A DNA stretch of 64,000 bases from an uncultured delta proteobacterium (GTDB taxonomy: Bacteria > Myxococcota_A > Polyangia > Fen-1088). The notes under the pieces were generated by a model. It was not told the origin of the DNA. It worked only from the letters and a program-made list of their open reading frames with translations, and did not search any database. Made by a program: the position numbers and the translations under genes. The stretch spans positions 320,001 through 384,000 of the forward strand of contig CAVTRY010000014.1 in NCBI GenBank assembly GCA_963737265.1, written 5' to 3'. Positions 10,801-23,508 of this stretch are shown in pieces (the first letter of the stretch is position 1; the number at the start of each line of letters is the position of its first letter).

Positions 10801-13364
10801 GTTTCACCCGCGATACAGGTGCCGCAGTCCAAGCTGCCGCCACAATGGTCGCCGATGGTTCCACAGTACCTGCCGGAGCCCGATCCACAGGTAGCATGTA
10901 CGCAGCTGGTTCCACCCTTGCACAGATGGTCCACGCAGTCCCAGCCGGCAGAACAGGGCGCCGAACAATCGAGCGCGCCACCGCACCCATTGCCAATTCC
11001 CTGTCCGCAGTACTGGCCGCCGGCCGGTGCGCACGTGAGCGGCGCGCAGGTTCCCGCGGGCTGGCATTGGTTGTCGACACAGGTTTCGCCCGCCACGCAA
11101 GAAGCACAATCGAGGCTGCCACCGCAACCGTCGCCGATACTGCCGCAGTACTTGCGCGAACCCACGCCACATGTTGCCGGCGTGCAGTTAGGCCCACCCA
11201 CACACAGGTGATTGTTGCAGATCCAGTTATTTGGGCAGGCAGCGTCGCAGGTCAGCTTGCCACCGCAGCCGTCGCCAACCTCACCGCCGCAGTATTGGCC
11301 TCCGTTCGTGCTACAGACGAGCGGGCTGCACGCGCCGGTTGGCACGCATTGGCCCGCGTTGCAGACTTCCCCGGCGATACAGCCGCCGCACGCCAGACGT
11401 CCGCCACAGGCGTCGCCGATGTCGCCGCAGTATTTGCGCGAACCCACGCCACAGCTGGTGGGGACACAGCTTGAATCACCCATGCACAGATGGTCTTGGC
11501 AGATCCACCCAGCCGGACAATCGCCGCACGAGAGCGCGTGGCCGCACCCATCGCCGAGGTCGTCGCCGCAGTATTTGCCGCCGGTCGGGTCGCATGTCAG
11601 CGCCGTGCACGTGCCGGTGGGCACGCAGAGATGGTTGGCGCAGGTCTGGCCGGGGTCGCAGTTGCCACAGTCGGCACTTCCGCCGCAGCCATCGCCGATG
11701 CTGCCGCAATATTTGCCTGCGCCGGCCCCGCAAGCGATGGGTCGACAGTCCGGCCCGCCTTTGCAAAGATCATTCTGACACAACCATCCAGCGGGGCATG
11801 TGTCGCAGGAGATCGTGCCGCCGCACCCGTCACCGAGCTGTCCGCCACAATAGGTGCCGCCTGCCGGGGTGCAGGTCAGAGGAGTGCAAGCACCCGCGGG
11901 CACGCACTGATTGCGGGTGCAGACTTGGTCCGCCGAACAGACGCCGCAGTCGATGCCGTTGCCGCAGCCGTCGCCAACCACACCGCAATACTTGCCGTCG
12001 CCTGTGCCACAGGAGATGGGTACGCAGGAGCTGCCGCCGTTGCACAAGTGGTTCTTGCACGTCCAGCCGGTCTGACAGCCGCCGCAGGTCATCTGACCAC
12101 CGCAGCCGTCGCCGAGGTCGCCACCGCAGTAGGTCCCGCCCTTCGGGCTGCACGTGAGCGGGTCGCACACGCCATCGGGTATGCATTGGGTGCCGGTGCA
12201 ATGTTCCCCGGTAATGCAGCCGCCGCAATCGAGGCTATTGCCGCAGCCGTCGCCAATTCCGCCGCAGTATTTGCCGGCGCCGGTGCCGCACGCAATCGCT
12301 GCGCAGGAGGATCCTCCTTTGCACAGGTGATGGTCGCAGGTCCACCCCACGGCACAGTCGCCACAGGTCATCTTCCCGCCACAGCCGTCGCCGAGGTCGC
12401 CGCCGCAATATTGACCGCCGGCCGGATTGCAGGTCAAGGGCGTGCAGCCGCTTGCCGGAACGCACTGGTTGTTGCCGCAGATCTGGTCGGCGGCGCAGGC
12501 GCCGCAGTCGAGACTGCCGCCGCAGCCGTCGCCGACGTTGCCACAGTATTTGCCCGGGCCCGTGCCGCAGGACAACTTGGTGCAGCCGACCCCGCCCACG
12601 CAAAGATGGCCCTGACAAGTCCATCCGTTCTGGCAGTCGCCACAGGTCATCGTGCCACCACAGCCATCGCCGAGTTTGCCACCGCAGTACGTCCCGCCCG
12701 CGGGATTGCAGGTGAGCGGCGCGCAGATGCCGGAGGGAATGCACTGGTTGTTCGCGCAGATTTGGTCGGCCGAGCACCCCTGGCAATCGAGCGCATTGCC
12801 GCACTGGTCGCCGATGATGCCGCAGTACTTGCCGTCGCCGATTCCGCAACTGACCGGCATGCACGTTGGACCGCCCTTGCAAACGTGGCCATCGCAAATC
12901 TGACCGTCCGGGCAGTCGCCGCATTCGAGCGCACCACCGCAGCGATTGCCGATGGTGCCGCAGTATCGGCCGCCGCTGACTTGGCAGCTGGTCAGCGGGC
13001 CGGCGTCGCAGTCCAGGCTGGCCGAGCACATGCTGTTCACGCAAGCTTGGCCGTTGGAGCAGCCTCCACAGTCGAGGGTGCCGCCGCAGTTGTCGCCAAT
13101 CGGACCGCAATACTGGACGCCGAGGACGCTACAGGAAGCTTGAACAGACCGTGCGCACCCGTCTGCCGAGGCGAGAGGTGCGTCCAGCACGATCGTGACG
13201 CTGACGGCATCCGCACCCCCACCTCCAGGCGGGTTCGGCCCGGCATCGGAGCTATTGCTAGGGAGGCTGCCGGGGTTTTGGCATGCGGCACCAGCGACCG
13301 CGACAAGCAGCAAACTGCGAAGACAACATCCCGACGGAATGATTCGGTCCCATTTTGCCATCAT
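7842..13364 (-). CDS. giant Cys-rich repeat surface lipoprotein with globular domain and polyproline C-terminal tail
   Basis: 1840 aa; lipobox-like VAGAAC; 25 repeats of about 45 aa containing [YF]CG..[IL]GD.CG; carboxypeptidase-regulatory-like region (GKVYDP...VYVPN); about 160-aa Pro tail. Confidence 0.88.
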   Translation of the reverse strand: MMAKWDRIIPSGCCLRSLLLVAVAGAACQNPGSLPSNSSDAGPNPPGGGGADAVSVTIVLDAPLASADGCARSVQASCSVLGVQYCGPIGDNCGGTLDCGGCSNGQACVNSMCSASLDCDAGPLTSCQVSGGRYCGTIGNRCGGALECGDCPDGQICDGHVCKGGPTCMPVSCGIGDGKYCGIIGDQCGNALDCQGCSADQICANNQCIPSGICAPLTCNPAGGTYCGGKLGDGCGGTMTCGDCQNGWTCQGHLCVGGVGCTKLSCGTGPGKYCGNVGDGCGGSLDCGACAADQICGNNQCVPASGCTPLTCNPAGGQYCGGDLGDGCGGKMTCGDCAVGWTCDHHLCKGGSSCAAIACGTGAGKYCGGIGDGCGNSLDCGGCITGEHCTGTQCIPDGVCDPLTCSPKGGTYCGGDLGDGCGGQMTCGGCQTGWTCKNHLCNGGSSCVPISCGTGDGKYCGVVGDGCGNGIDCGVCSADQVCTRNQCVPAGACTPLTCTPAGGTYCGGQLGDGCGGTISCDTCPAGWLCQNDLCKGGPDCRPIACGAGAGKYCGSIGDGCGGSADCGNCDPGQTCANHLCVPTGTCTALTCDPTGGKYCGDDLGDGCGHALSCGDCPAGWICQDHLCMGDSSCVPTSCGVGSRKYCGDIGDACGGRLACGGCIAGEVCNAGQCVPTGACSPLVCSTNGGQYCGGEVGDGCGGKLTCDAACPNNWICNNHLCVGGPNCTPATCGVGSRKYCGSIGDGCGGSLDCASCVAGETCVDNQCQPAGTCAPLTCAPAGGQYCGQGIGNGCGGALDCSAPCSAGWDCVDHLCKGGTSCVHATCGSGSGRYCGTIGDHCGGSLDCGTCIAGETCAAGQCIPSGTCTALTCNPPGGQYCGGDLGDGCGGKISCNDACPAGWPCQNHLCVGGPTCATAVCGSGAGKYCGSIGDGCGGSLDCGACVAGQTCNGHQCVPSGACTALTCNPPGGQYCGGDLGDGCGGALTCNSPCPSGWVCNNHLCMGNSSCAPISCETGSGKYCGVVGDGCGGSVDCGACTTDEICNGGQCIPSSGCTPATCNPTGGQYCGGDLGDGCGGKISCNELCPSGWSCVNHLCVGGSTCTKNTCNPAGGQYCGSSLGDGCGGTLTCTAPCPDGWSCQDGQCVGGPTCTPQTCTNPGGNFCGTVGDGCGHSLACSSDCGTGKVCTNGLCKGDSSCVPLTCTTSNGGQYCGGTLGDGCGGSITCNGACPTGTTCSGNVCTCNAGLICQVASCSSGTTTIKGKVYDPAGLNAIYNVMVYVPNTALSPITHGATCDQCGTPSGSPITAALTGTDGSFTLTNAPSGSNIPLVMQIGKWRREVKIPTVTACQDNIVADTNLTRLPRNQSDGDAGTVSLPKIALSAGEADRLQCLLRRMGVDAAEFTSPGGSGSVSMYKESSDPGKCVGFDGTGTTYPDATGNLWDSQAHLNQYDMVVLNCGGNQNAADPTSNNTYISHPGAVGRMKAYVNAGGRVFAEHYHWGWMRSFTGYPSTYGEVATWSANTGTLGSAPRDTLIDGSFPKGIAFADWLMKVGASTTSGHLTISSKVKSTAVDQINPPSQRWIYEPTSTSAPTGSAQHTHYFSFNTPIGATAANQCGRFVYTGLHVTDTASDPGDNTTGTYTTFPSCCAAGALTAQEKALEFMIFDLSSCVSDQNLPPPPIPVVPPPAAPPPPPPAPVPPPPPAVPPPPAPPPPPAVAPPPPPPPPPTVAPPPPAPPPAVVPPPPPPPPPASVVPPPAAPPPPVVAPPPPPPPPPSVAPPPPAPPPPSVAPPPPPPPPPSVAPPTAPPPAVAPPPPPAPPPSLLPPPPPPAPPPPPPPVY

Positions 13365-13621
13365 CCGTTTTCTCCCCCTAGAAAGATTGGATATAGATAG
13401 TAACAGAGATTACATATTAGCGAATCTATAATATTCGGTTATAGCGCTCCGTGGCATCCTGGCTGCGCTGTCCTCGCGCGCACCGGCTATATCGGCTGTA
13501 TTCGGCGCGCAATGTAGGCGTCACTTACTCGTGTCAGACGCGGCGTCTGGCGGTTTCGCATGATAAAATGATTTCATCCCACTGTGGGTCTACCGCCAGC
13601 ACTGGCTGGCAAGGAGCCTGG

Positions 13622-15688
<2,067 letters not shown>

Positions 15689-15711
15689 GGCGTCGGACCA
15701 TCGGATACCCC

Positions 15712-16820
<1,109 letters not shown>

Positions 16821-16821
<1 letters not shown>

Positions 16822-18311
16822 TGCCGCACCGAACGTCCCAATTACCCGGCCCGCTGCTCGAAATCCAGCGCTGCATCGAGGAACACGCGCGTGGCTACGG
16901 CCTGGATTTCTGGGAAACCAGCTTCGCCATGCTCGACTACCAACGCATGCAAGAAGTGGCCGCGTTCGGCGGCTTTCCCGTGCGCTACCCGCATTGGCGC
17001 TTCGGCATGGAGTTCGATCACCTGAGCAAGAGCCATGTTTATGGTCTGTCGCAAATCTACGAGATGGTGATCAACAACAACCCAGCCTACGCGTATCTGC
17101 TCGAAGGCAATTCGCTCGTCGACCAGAAAATGGTCATGGCCCACGTTTTGGGTCACGTCGATTTCTTCAAGAACAATTACTACTTCTCCAAGACCAACAG
17201 AAAAATGATGGACAATATGGCGAACCACGCCACGCGCGTGCGCCGGCACATCGAGCGGCAGGGGCTCGACAAGGTGGAAAGCTTCATCGACGTGTGTTTG
17301 TCGCTCGACAACCTCATCGATCCAATGTCGCCCTTCATCACGCGACACGCGCCAGCGCAGGACGAGGAGAAGGAAAAGCCGCCCATCGAAGTGCCGCGCC
17401 TGCGCGCCAAGTCCTACATGGACAAGTTCATCAATCCGCCTGAATACCTCGACGAGAGGCGACGAAAGTTGCAAGAGGAGCAGGAAAAGCCCAAGCGCAA
17501 CCCGCCCGAACCCGAGCGCGACGTCTTGCTCTTCCTGCTGCAAGCTGCGCCGCTCGAACCCTGGGAACGCGACCTGCTCGAAATCGTACGCGATGAAGCC
17601 TACTACTTCGCACCGCAACGGCAGACCAAGGTTCTGAACGAGGGCTGGGCCGCCTACTGGCACAGCAGGCTCATGACCGAGAAGATCCTGGTCGCATCCG
17701 AGCTCATCGACTATGCCGATCACAACGCCAGCGTGCTGGCCGCGGCGCCCGGGCAGTTCAATCCTTACAAGGTCGGAATCTCGTTGCTGCGCCACGTGGA
17801 AGAGCGCTGGAACAAGGGACGGTTCGGCAAGGAATGGAACGAATGCGACGACTACGACAAGCGCCGCACGTGGGACCGACAATTGGGACTCGGCCGGCAG
17901 AAGATCTTCGAAGTGCGCAAGTTGTACGACGATTTGACCTTCATCGACGAATTCTTCACCCAGGATTTTTGCTCCGAAAACGAGTTTTTTTCGTTTGCGC
18001 GCAATGCCAGCTCGGGTAACTACGAAATCGATTCGCGCGAGTTCAAGAAGATCAAAGACAAGCTACTTTTCCAGCTAACCAACTTTGGCGAGCCATTTAT
18101 CTGGGTCCAGGATGCCAACTACGACAACCGCGGTGAGCTGCTGCTCCGCCATCGCCACGAAGGCGTCGACCTTCATCTCGATCACAGCCGCGCCACCATG
18201 GCGTCGCTCTACCGCGTGTGGCACCGGCCCATTTGCCTACTAACCGCTATCGACGGCAAGGCGCGCTTGCTGCGTTTTGACGGCACCGAACACGCCGACC
18301 GTCCTGCCTAG
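16821..18311 (+). CDS. spoVR: SpoVR/YcgB family protein
   Basis: [41 protein letters not shown]; GTG overlaps yeaH stop. Confidence 0.92.
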
Positions 18312-18358
18312 CGCGGGCTTCGCTAGATCACCTTTTGGCGGGAGGCCGTCGCGCTGGC

Positions 18359-19114
18359 ATGAACGAACGCCAAATCTATGGCTGGCTCCTGGGCGCTTGG
18401 ATTGCCGTGGCGCTTTCCGTGGTGCCCTATCTGTTGCTGCGGCCGGCGCCCTATGGACGGCACGCACGTTTGGGCTGGGGACGCACGGTGGTTGCGCGGC
18501 TGGCCTGGGTGTTGATGGAGACGCCCTCGCCGGCGTTGATGATTGCCATGTTTGCGCTGGGCAACCGGCATGCGAACGTGGTGGCGTTGGTGTTCCTGGG
18601 GTTGTGGCTTATGCACTACCTTTACCGTGCCTTCGTATACCCCTGGCTGCTGCCGGCGGGTGCGCGGCCCATGCCGGTGGCCGTGCTGGCATCGGGGGCA
18701 TTCTTCAACCTGGTCAACGGCTACATCAATGGCCGCTGGCTGTTCACGCTGTCAAATCCGCTGCCACCGGCCTGGCTGGCGAGCCCCCGGTTTATCGCAG
18801 GCTGCTTGTTCTTTGTCGCCGGACTCTGCACTCACGTCGTCGCCGACCGAGCGCTTCGCCGGTTGCGCAGCGACGGGAAATACGCGATCCCGCAGGGAGC
18901 GCTATTTCGCCTGGTTTCGTGCCCCAACTACCTGGGCGAGCTTATCGAATGGTCGGGCTGGGCCGTCGCCACCTGGTCGCCGCCGGGTTGCGTGTTCGCG
19001 CTGTGGACCGCGGCCAACCTGGTACCGCGGGCCATCCGCCACCACCGCTGGTACCGCGAGAGGTTCGCCGATTACCCCAAAGAACGGCGAGCGATCATTC
19101 CATTCGTGCTGTAG
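18359..19114 (+). CDS. 3-oxo-5-alpha-steroid 4-dehydrogenase-like (DUF1295) membrane protein
   Basis: APYGRH, AWVLME, HYLYRA, VSCPNYLGELIEW, HHRWY..F.DYP..R.A.IPF. Confidence 0.9.
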   Translation: MNERQIYGWLLGAWIAVALSVVPYLLLRPAPYGRHARLGWGRTVVARLAWVLMETPSPALMIAMFALGNRHANVVALVFLGLWLMHYLYRAFVYPWLLPAGARPMPVAVLASGAFFNLVNGYINGRWLFTLSNPLPPAWLASPRFIAGCLFFVAGLCTHVVADRALRRLRSDGKYAIPQGALFRLVSCPNYLGELIEWSGWAVATWSPPGCVFALWTAANLVPRAIRHHRWYRERFADYPKERRAIIPFVL

Positions 19115-19414
19115 CTCTCTCGTCAAGGTACCAGCTGTAAACACTGCACCAGCGTCGGCGTCAGGTCGGTGCAGGTGGCGGCTGTGCAAAGGTTGGGCGC
19201 GCAAACGCAGTGGGCCGTTGCGCCCTGTCCGCGTCGCGTCGCTCGTCGGGTGCATGGCCCTGCCCACCAGAGCGTGAGCGCCATCGTCTTTCACCCGTAG
19301 CGCTACCCGTCAAACGCTCGGGCGTATTCGGACCGCCGATCCTCTTCTTCAGTCGATCTTCCTCTGCTAGGGTGCTGTCACGGTCTGCGGCGGGCGACCA
19401 GCTGCCGCCGGGAA

Positions 19415-20125
19415 ATGACACTCATGCGCGGGAGAGAGCCGATGATCGACCATTCCAGAATACGTACCGGTGGAAGGCCACTTACCGCGGTTTTGCTCGC
19501 CGGCTTAGCGCTGGTGTCCTGTGCCCACAAACCCGCCGCGCCCGTGGATCCAGCGGCCGCGAACGACGGCAAGCGCATCGAACGCTTGGAAAAGGTGCGC
19601 GCTCGGGCGCTGGCCGCACCTGGTTCGGCCAGCGAGGCCGGTGCCTTCGCCTTCGAAGTGACCATGCTCTACACCCAAGGCATCGCCCAGCGCCAAAATC
19701 CCCCTCCCACCTGGGTCGACGAGGCGGTGGGCTGCCTCGATGGCGCCAAGGAGGCGCTGCCGGACGAGGCCCCCGATCTGCTAGCCCGCAAGGGCGAGCT
19801 GTTGCTGGCGGCGAGCCGCAGCGACGACGGCATCAAGGCCCTGCACGCGTCCATTGCCGCTCGCCCCACTCTGCGCGCGTTCAACCTACTAGCAAAGACC
19901 TACAGCGAACGGAAGGAGACGGCCGAAGTTGCGTCTTTGTGCAAGAAGACCCTACCCGCCATGAAGTCCGACGAGAGCCGCTACGCCTTGCTCGACGACT
20001 GCATCACGTACAGCGGCGCCGCCACCGCCGAGGCTGGCCTGCGCTGGGCCCCTGCCAAGGACGTCGCCTTCTACAAAGCACGCAAGCGCGACCTCGCGGC
20101 CCGTTCGGCGCGCGCGGCGAAGTAG
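19415..20125 (+). CDS. hypothetical TPR-like lipoprotein
   Basis: Lipobox-like LVSC; helical repeats. Confidence 0.65.
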   Translation: MTLMRGREPMIDHSRIRTGGRPLTAVLLAGLALVSCAHKPAAPVDPAAANDGKRIERLEKVRARALAAPGSASEAGAFAFEVTMLYTQGIAQRQNPPPTWVDEAVGCLDGAKEALPDEAPDLLARKGELLLAASRSDDGIKALHASIAARPTLRAFNLLAKTYSERKETAEVASLCKKTLPAMKSDESRYALLDDCITYSGAATAEAGLRWAPAKDVAFYKARKRDLAARSARAAK

Positions 20126-20230
20126 GCGCGGCGACGGCTGCCGTCGTGGAAACTATCGCGGTCACGGCGCCGCGGATAACGAGGCGGGAAAGACCTCGAA
20201 CACGCCGAGGGCCGTTGCGGTGGCGCCATC

Positions 20231-21622
20231 TCACGCCGCCGCGGCCTTCTGTTTGAGCGCGGCGGAGAATTCGCTGACTGTCTTGCGGGCGTCGCCGAAG
20301 ACCATCATGCAATTGGGCATGTAGAACAGCTCGTTTTCGATGCCGGCGAAGCCGGGGGCCATGGAGCGTTTGAGCACGAGCACGGACTTGGCCTTGTCGG
20401 CGTTAAGAATGGGCATGCCGTAGATGGGGCTGGCTTTGTTGTTGCGCGCGGCGGGATTGACCACGTCGTTGGCGCCGATGACGATGGCCACGTCGACGCG
20501 GGGAAAGTCGTCGTTGATCTGGTCCATGTCGAAGAGCTTGTCGTAGGGCACGCCGGCCTCGGCGAGCAGCACGTTCATGTGGCCGGGCATGCGGCCGGCG
20601 ACGGGGTGCACGGCGTAGCGAACGTCGATGCCGCGTTCGCCAAGCACGTCGGCCAGCTCTTTGACCGCGTGCTGGGCTTGCGACACCGCCATGCCGTAAC
20701 CGGGAACCACGACCACGCTTTCGCTGCCGGCGAGAAGCTCGGCGGCTTGATCGCTCGACACCGAGCGGACGCTGCCTTTCACGCCGGCATCCACGCTGGC
20801 CTCGACCGGCTTGCCGAACGCGCCGAACAGCACGTTGGTGATGGGGCGATTCATGGCCTTGCACATGATGATGGAAAGGATGAGGCCCGAGGCGCCGTCG
20901 AGCGTGCCGGCAATGACGAGGATCTTGTTGTCGAGGGCGAAGCCGGTGGCAGCGCCAGCCAAGCCGGCGTACGAGTTCAGAAGTGCGATCACCACCGGCA
21001 TGTCGGCCGCGCCGATGGGAATGACGAACAGCACGCCGAACATCAGTGCCAGCCCCACCATCAAATAGAAGAGCGCCGACGCCTGCGGCTGGGCGATGAC
21101 CCATGCTGTGGCGGTCACGATTCCGGCCAGCAAAAGCATATTGAAGATGTTCTGCCCCTTGAACGTCATGGGCACGCCGGGCAGCCAGCCCTGCAGCTTG
21201 GCGAACGCAACCATGCTGCCGGTGAAAGTCAGGCTGCCGAGCATGACCTCGATGCCGAGCGCGACCATGGAAGCGCTCGGCAAGTGCGCGCCTTCGGAAT
21301 AGTAGTGCGAGATGCCCACCAGCGCGGCCGCGGCGGCGCCAAAGGCGTGCGAGAGCGCCGTCCGCTGCGGCATCGCCGTCATCGGCGTCCACACCGCGAT
21401 GACGATGCCGGCCACCGTGCCGATAGCGGCACCAACAACAATCCACGTGTACGTAATGATGTGGTGATCGAGCAGCGTGCCGGCGATGGCGATGGCCATG
21501 CCGAGCTCGGCCAGGTGCATACCCTGACGCGCGCTCCGTGGCGACGACAGCAGCTTGAGCCCGAGAATGAATAGAACCGCCGCGGCGTAGTAGGCGACTT
21601 CGATGATCTCGGCCTGGTGCAC
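20231..21622 (-). CDS. pntB: NAD(P) transhydrogenase subunit beta (canonical)
   Basis: GTG at 21622; MTAMPQ..ALSH, TFTGS, IGAADMPVVIALLNSY, PGYGMAV, HPVAGRMPGHMN, GANDVVN, KRS. Confidence 0.95.
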   Translation of the reverse strand: MHQAEIIEVAYYAAAVLFILGLKLLSSPRSARQGMHLAELGMAIAIAGTLLDHHIITYTWIVVGAAIGTVAGIVIAVWTPMTAMPQRTALSHAFGAAAAALVGISHYYSEGAHLPSASMVALGIEVMLGSLTFTGSMVAFAKLQGWLPGVPMTFKGQNIFNMLLLAGIVTATAWVIAQPQASALFYLMVGLALMFGVLFVIPIGAADMPVVIALLNSYAGLAGAATGFALDNKILVIAGTLDGASGLILSIIMCKAMNRPITNVLFGAFGKPVEASVDAGVKGSVRSVSSDQAAELLAGSESVVVVPGYGMAVSQAQHAVKELADVLGERGIDVRYAVHPVAGRMPGHMNVLLAEAGVPYDKLFDMDQINDDFPRVDVAIVIGANDVVNPAARNNKASPIYGMPILNADKAKSVLVLKRSMAPGFAGIENELFYMPNCMMVFGDARKTVSEFSAALKQKAAAA

Positions 21623-21624
21623 GA

Positions 21625-21936
21625 CTAGTGACGCCCGCCTTTCGCCCCCGGACCACCGCCCTTGAACATCTTCAGCATGCGCTCGGTGATGAGAAATCCG
21701 CCCACCACGTTGCACGTGGCCGCTGCCACGGCGGTCACGCCGAGAATCGTGCGCACGGTCTCGTATTCCGATCCGGCCACGACGATGGCGCCCACCACGG
21801 AAATCGCCGAGATCGCGTTGGTTGCCGACATGAGCGGCGTGTGCAGTAGCGTCGGCACGCCGTGAATCACGTGATGACCGACGAAGGCCGCCAGCACGAA
21901 CATCATGACCGTCCAGAGAATGAATCCCGTGTCCAC
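21625..21936 (-). CDS. pntAB: NAD(P) transhydrogenase subunit alpha part 2 (membrane), canonical
   Basis: LHTPLMSATNAIS and NVVGGFLITERMLKMF motifs. Confidence 0.92.
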   Translation of the reverse strand: MDTGFILWTVMMFVLAAFVGHHVIHGVPTLLHTPLMSATNAISAISVVGAIVVAGSEYETVRTILGVTAVAAATCNVVGGFLITERMLKMFKGGGPGAKGGRH

Positions 21937-21938
21937 GG

Positions 21939-23222
21939 CTAGGCCGCCGCCGCTGCTGGGGTTTGCGCCTTGAGCTCGACGCCGATGGCTTGCAGCACCT
22001 TCTTGGCGTCGCCCAAGACCATGTTGGTTTGCGGAAGATCGAAAAGAGCGGTTCTTCACGCCCGCGGCCCCCGGCCGCAGGCTGCGCTTGATGACGAAGA
22101 CCGCGCGGGCGCGGGCAACGTCGATGAAGAGGCATGCCGAACACGGCGCTCGTGGCGTCGTTCAATACCGCGGGATTGACGATGTCGTTGGCGCCCACCA
22201 CCAGCGCCACGTCGGCATCGGCAAGCTCGGCATTGGCGGCTTCCCATTCGAGGATTTGCGCGGTCGACACCTTGGCCTCGTCGAGCAGAATGTTCATGTG
22301 CCCCGGGATCAGCCCAGCGGCCGGATGAATCGCGTAGACGACGGTGGCACCGCGACGGGAAAGCATCTTGGCGATTTCCGCCAGCGCGTGCTGGGCCTGC
22401 GCGGCCGCCATGCCGTAGCCGGGAACCAGCACCACCTTGCGCGCGTTTTCCAGCACCATGGCGCTTTCCTCGGGGCCGCAGACCTTGACGTTGTGGTAGT
22501 CGTCGCGGGCGCTGCTCGTGGCGGCCTTGCCTCTGCTGCCCAAGGCGAGGTCGAGGGGATTGCGCCCAAGCGCGGAAGCCACGATGACCGCCAAGGTCCA
22601 GCCCGCGGTGGCCATCAAGCCGCCCACCGTCACGACGATCGGGTTGCCGAGTGCAAAGCCAACCATGGCCGAGGCCAGGCCCGAAGCCGATGCGGTCAGC
22701 GCCACCACCGAGGGCTGTCCCGATCCGCGCGCGGCCGGCCCCACGGCGGCAAGCACGCCCAGCACCAGCGCGGCCAAACCGGAAGCAATGGCGAGCCCAA
22801 GCGCGGCCCCGCGTGGACCACCTGCGAGAGCGAGCGCGCCGCCCAGGGGCCAAGCTCCGTCGCTGAGAAATGCGACCGCGGCGACCAGCGCCGCGGCGAC
22901 GCCGCCAGCGGCGGCCAGCAAGGGCGCGATGCCGGCGCCCAGTTCCACCTTGCCTGCCAAGCCAACGATTAGGCCAAGCACAAGACCAGCGACAATGCCC
23001 GCGAGCGCAAGCCTTGGATTCGAGATACGCGGCCTCGACGACATGACCGGCCAGCGCCAGCATGAAGCCAAGCCCGAGCAAGGTGACCCCTCGTCGCGCC
23101 GAGCGCACGCGACACATGAGCTTGAGGCCCAGGATGAAGAAGACAGCGGACGCGATGTAGACGATGGGTACCGCGAAGTTGCCTAGCGCGTTCACTGTCG
23201 TTACGTTCATCACGACGTTCAT
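21939..23222 (-). CDS. divergent second transhydrogenase beta-like subunit with three +1 frameshifts
   Basis: N-terminal FILGLKLM...ARRG; domain III PGYGMAAAQAQH, HPAAGLIPGHMN, GANDIVN, KRS, GDAKK recovered across frames; membrane part shortened. Confidence 0.75.
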
Positions 23223-23508
23223 CGCCGCTGAGCCCTCCGCTCACGCAAAGCACGCGCCGTGCGCAGCAGGCCACCCACGATGCCCGTGGTGGCGACGGCC
23301 ACCGCACACACGCCGAGAATTGCGGGGGCGCCGTTGCCGCTGGCTCCCGACGCTGGAAGAGCGACGGCGACTGCGATGGCGGCGACCGCCCCCATGCACG
23401 TGGCGAGGGCGCCGTAGAGCGTGGGCGGAACCTTGCGAATCACGTCGAGGCCGAGAAAAACCGGCCAGGGTGAACAAGGTAGAGTGCGATGAGCAAGCCG
23501 CCGGTCAC
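23219..23508 (-). CDS. divergent second alpha-2-like membrane subunit with two +1 frameshifts
   Basis: Reconstructed ..LYLFTLAVFLGLDVIRKVPPTLYGAL..IVGG; GTG overlaps the pntA stop. Confidence 0.65.

Noticed and set aside
9600-13150. Periodic repeats as a CRISPR or DNA array
   Set aside because: Repeats are conserved at protein level with wobble variation; no spacers or cas genes
20231-23071. 946-aa ORF as a tandem PntB fusion
   Set aside because: Produced by frameshifts; beta', alpha2 and beta have their own starts and stops
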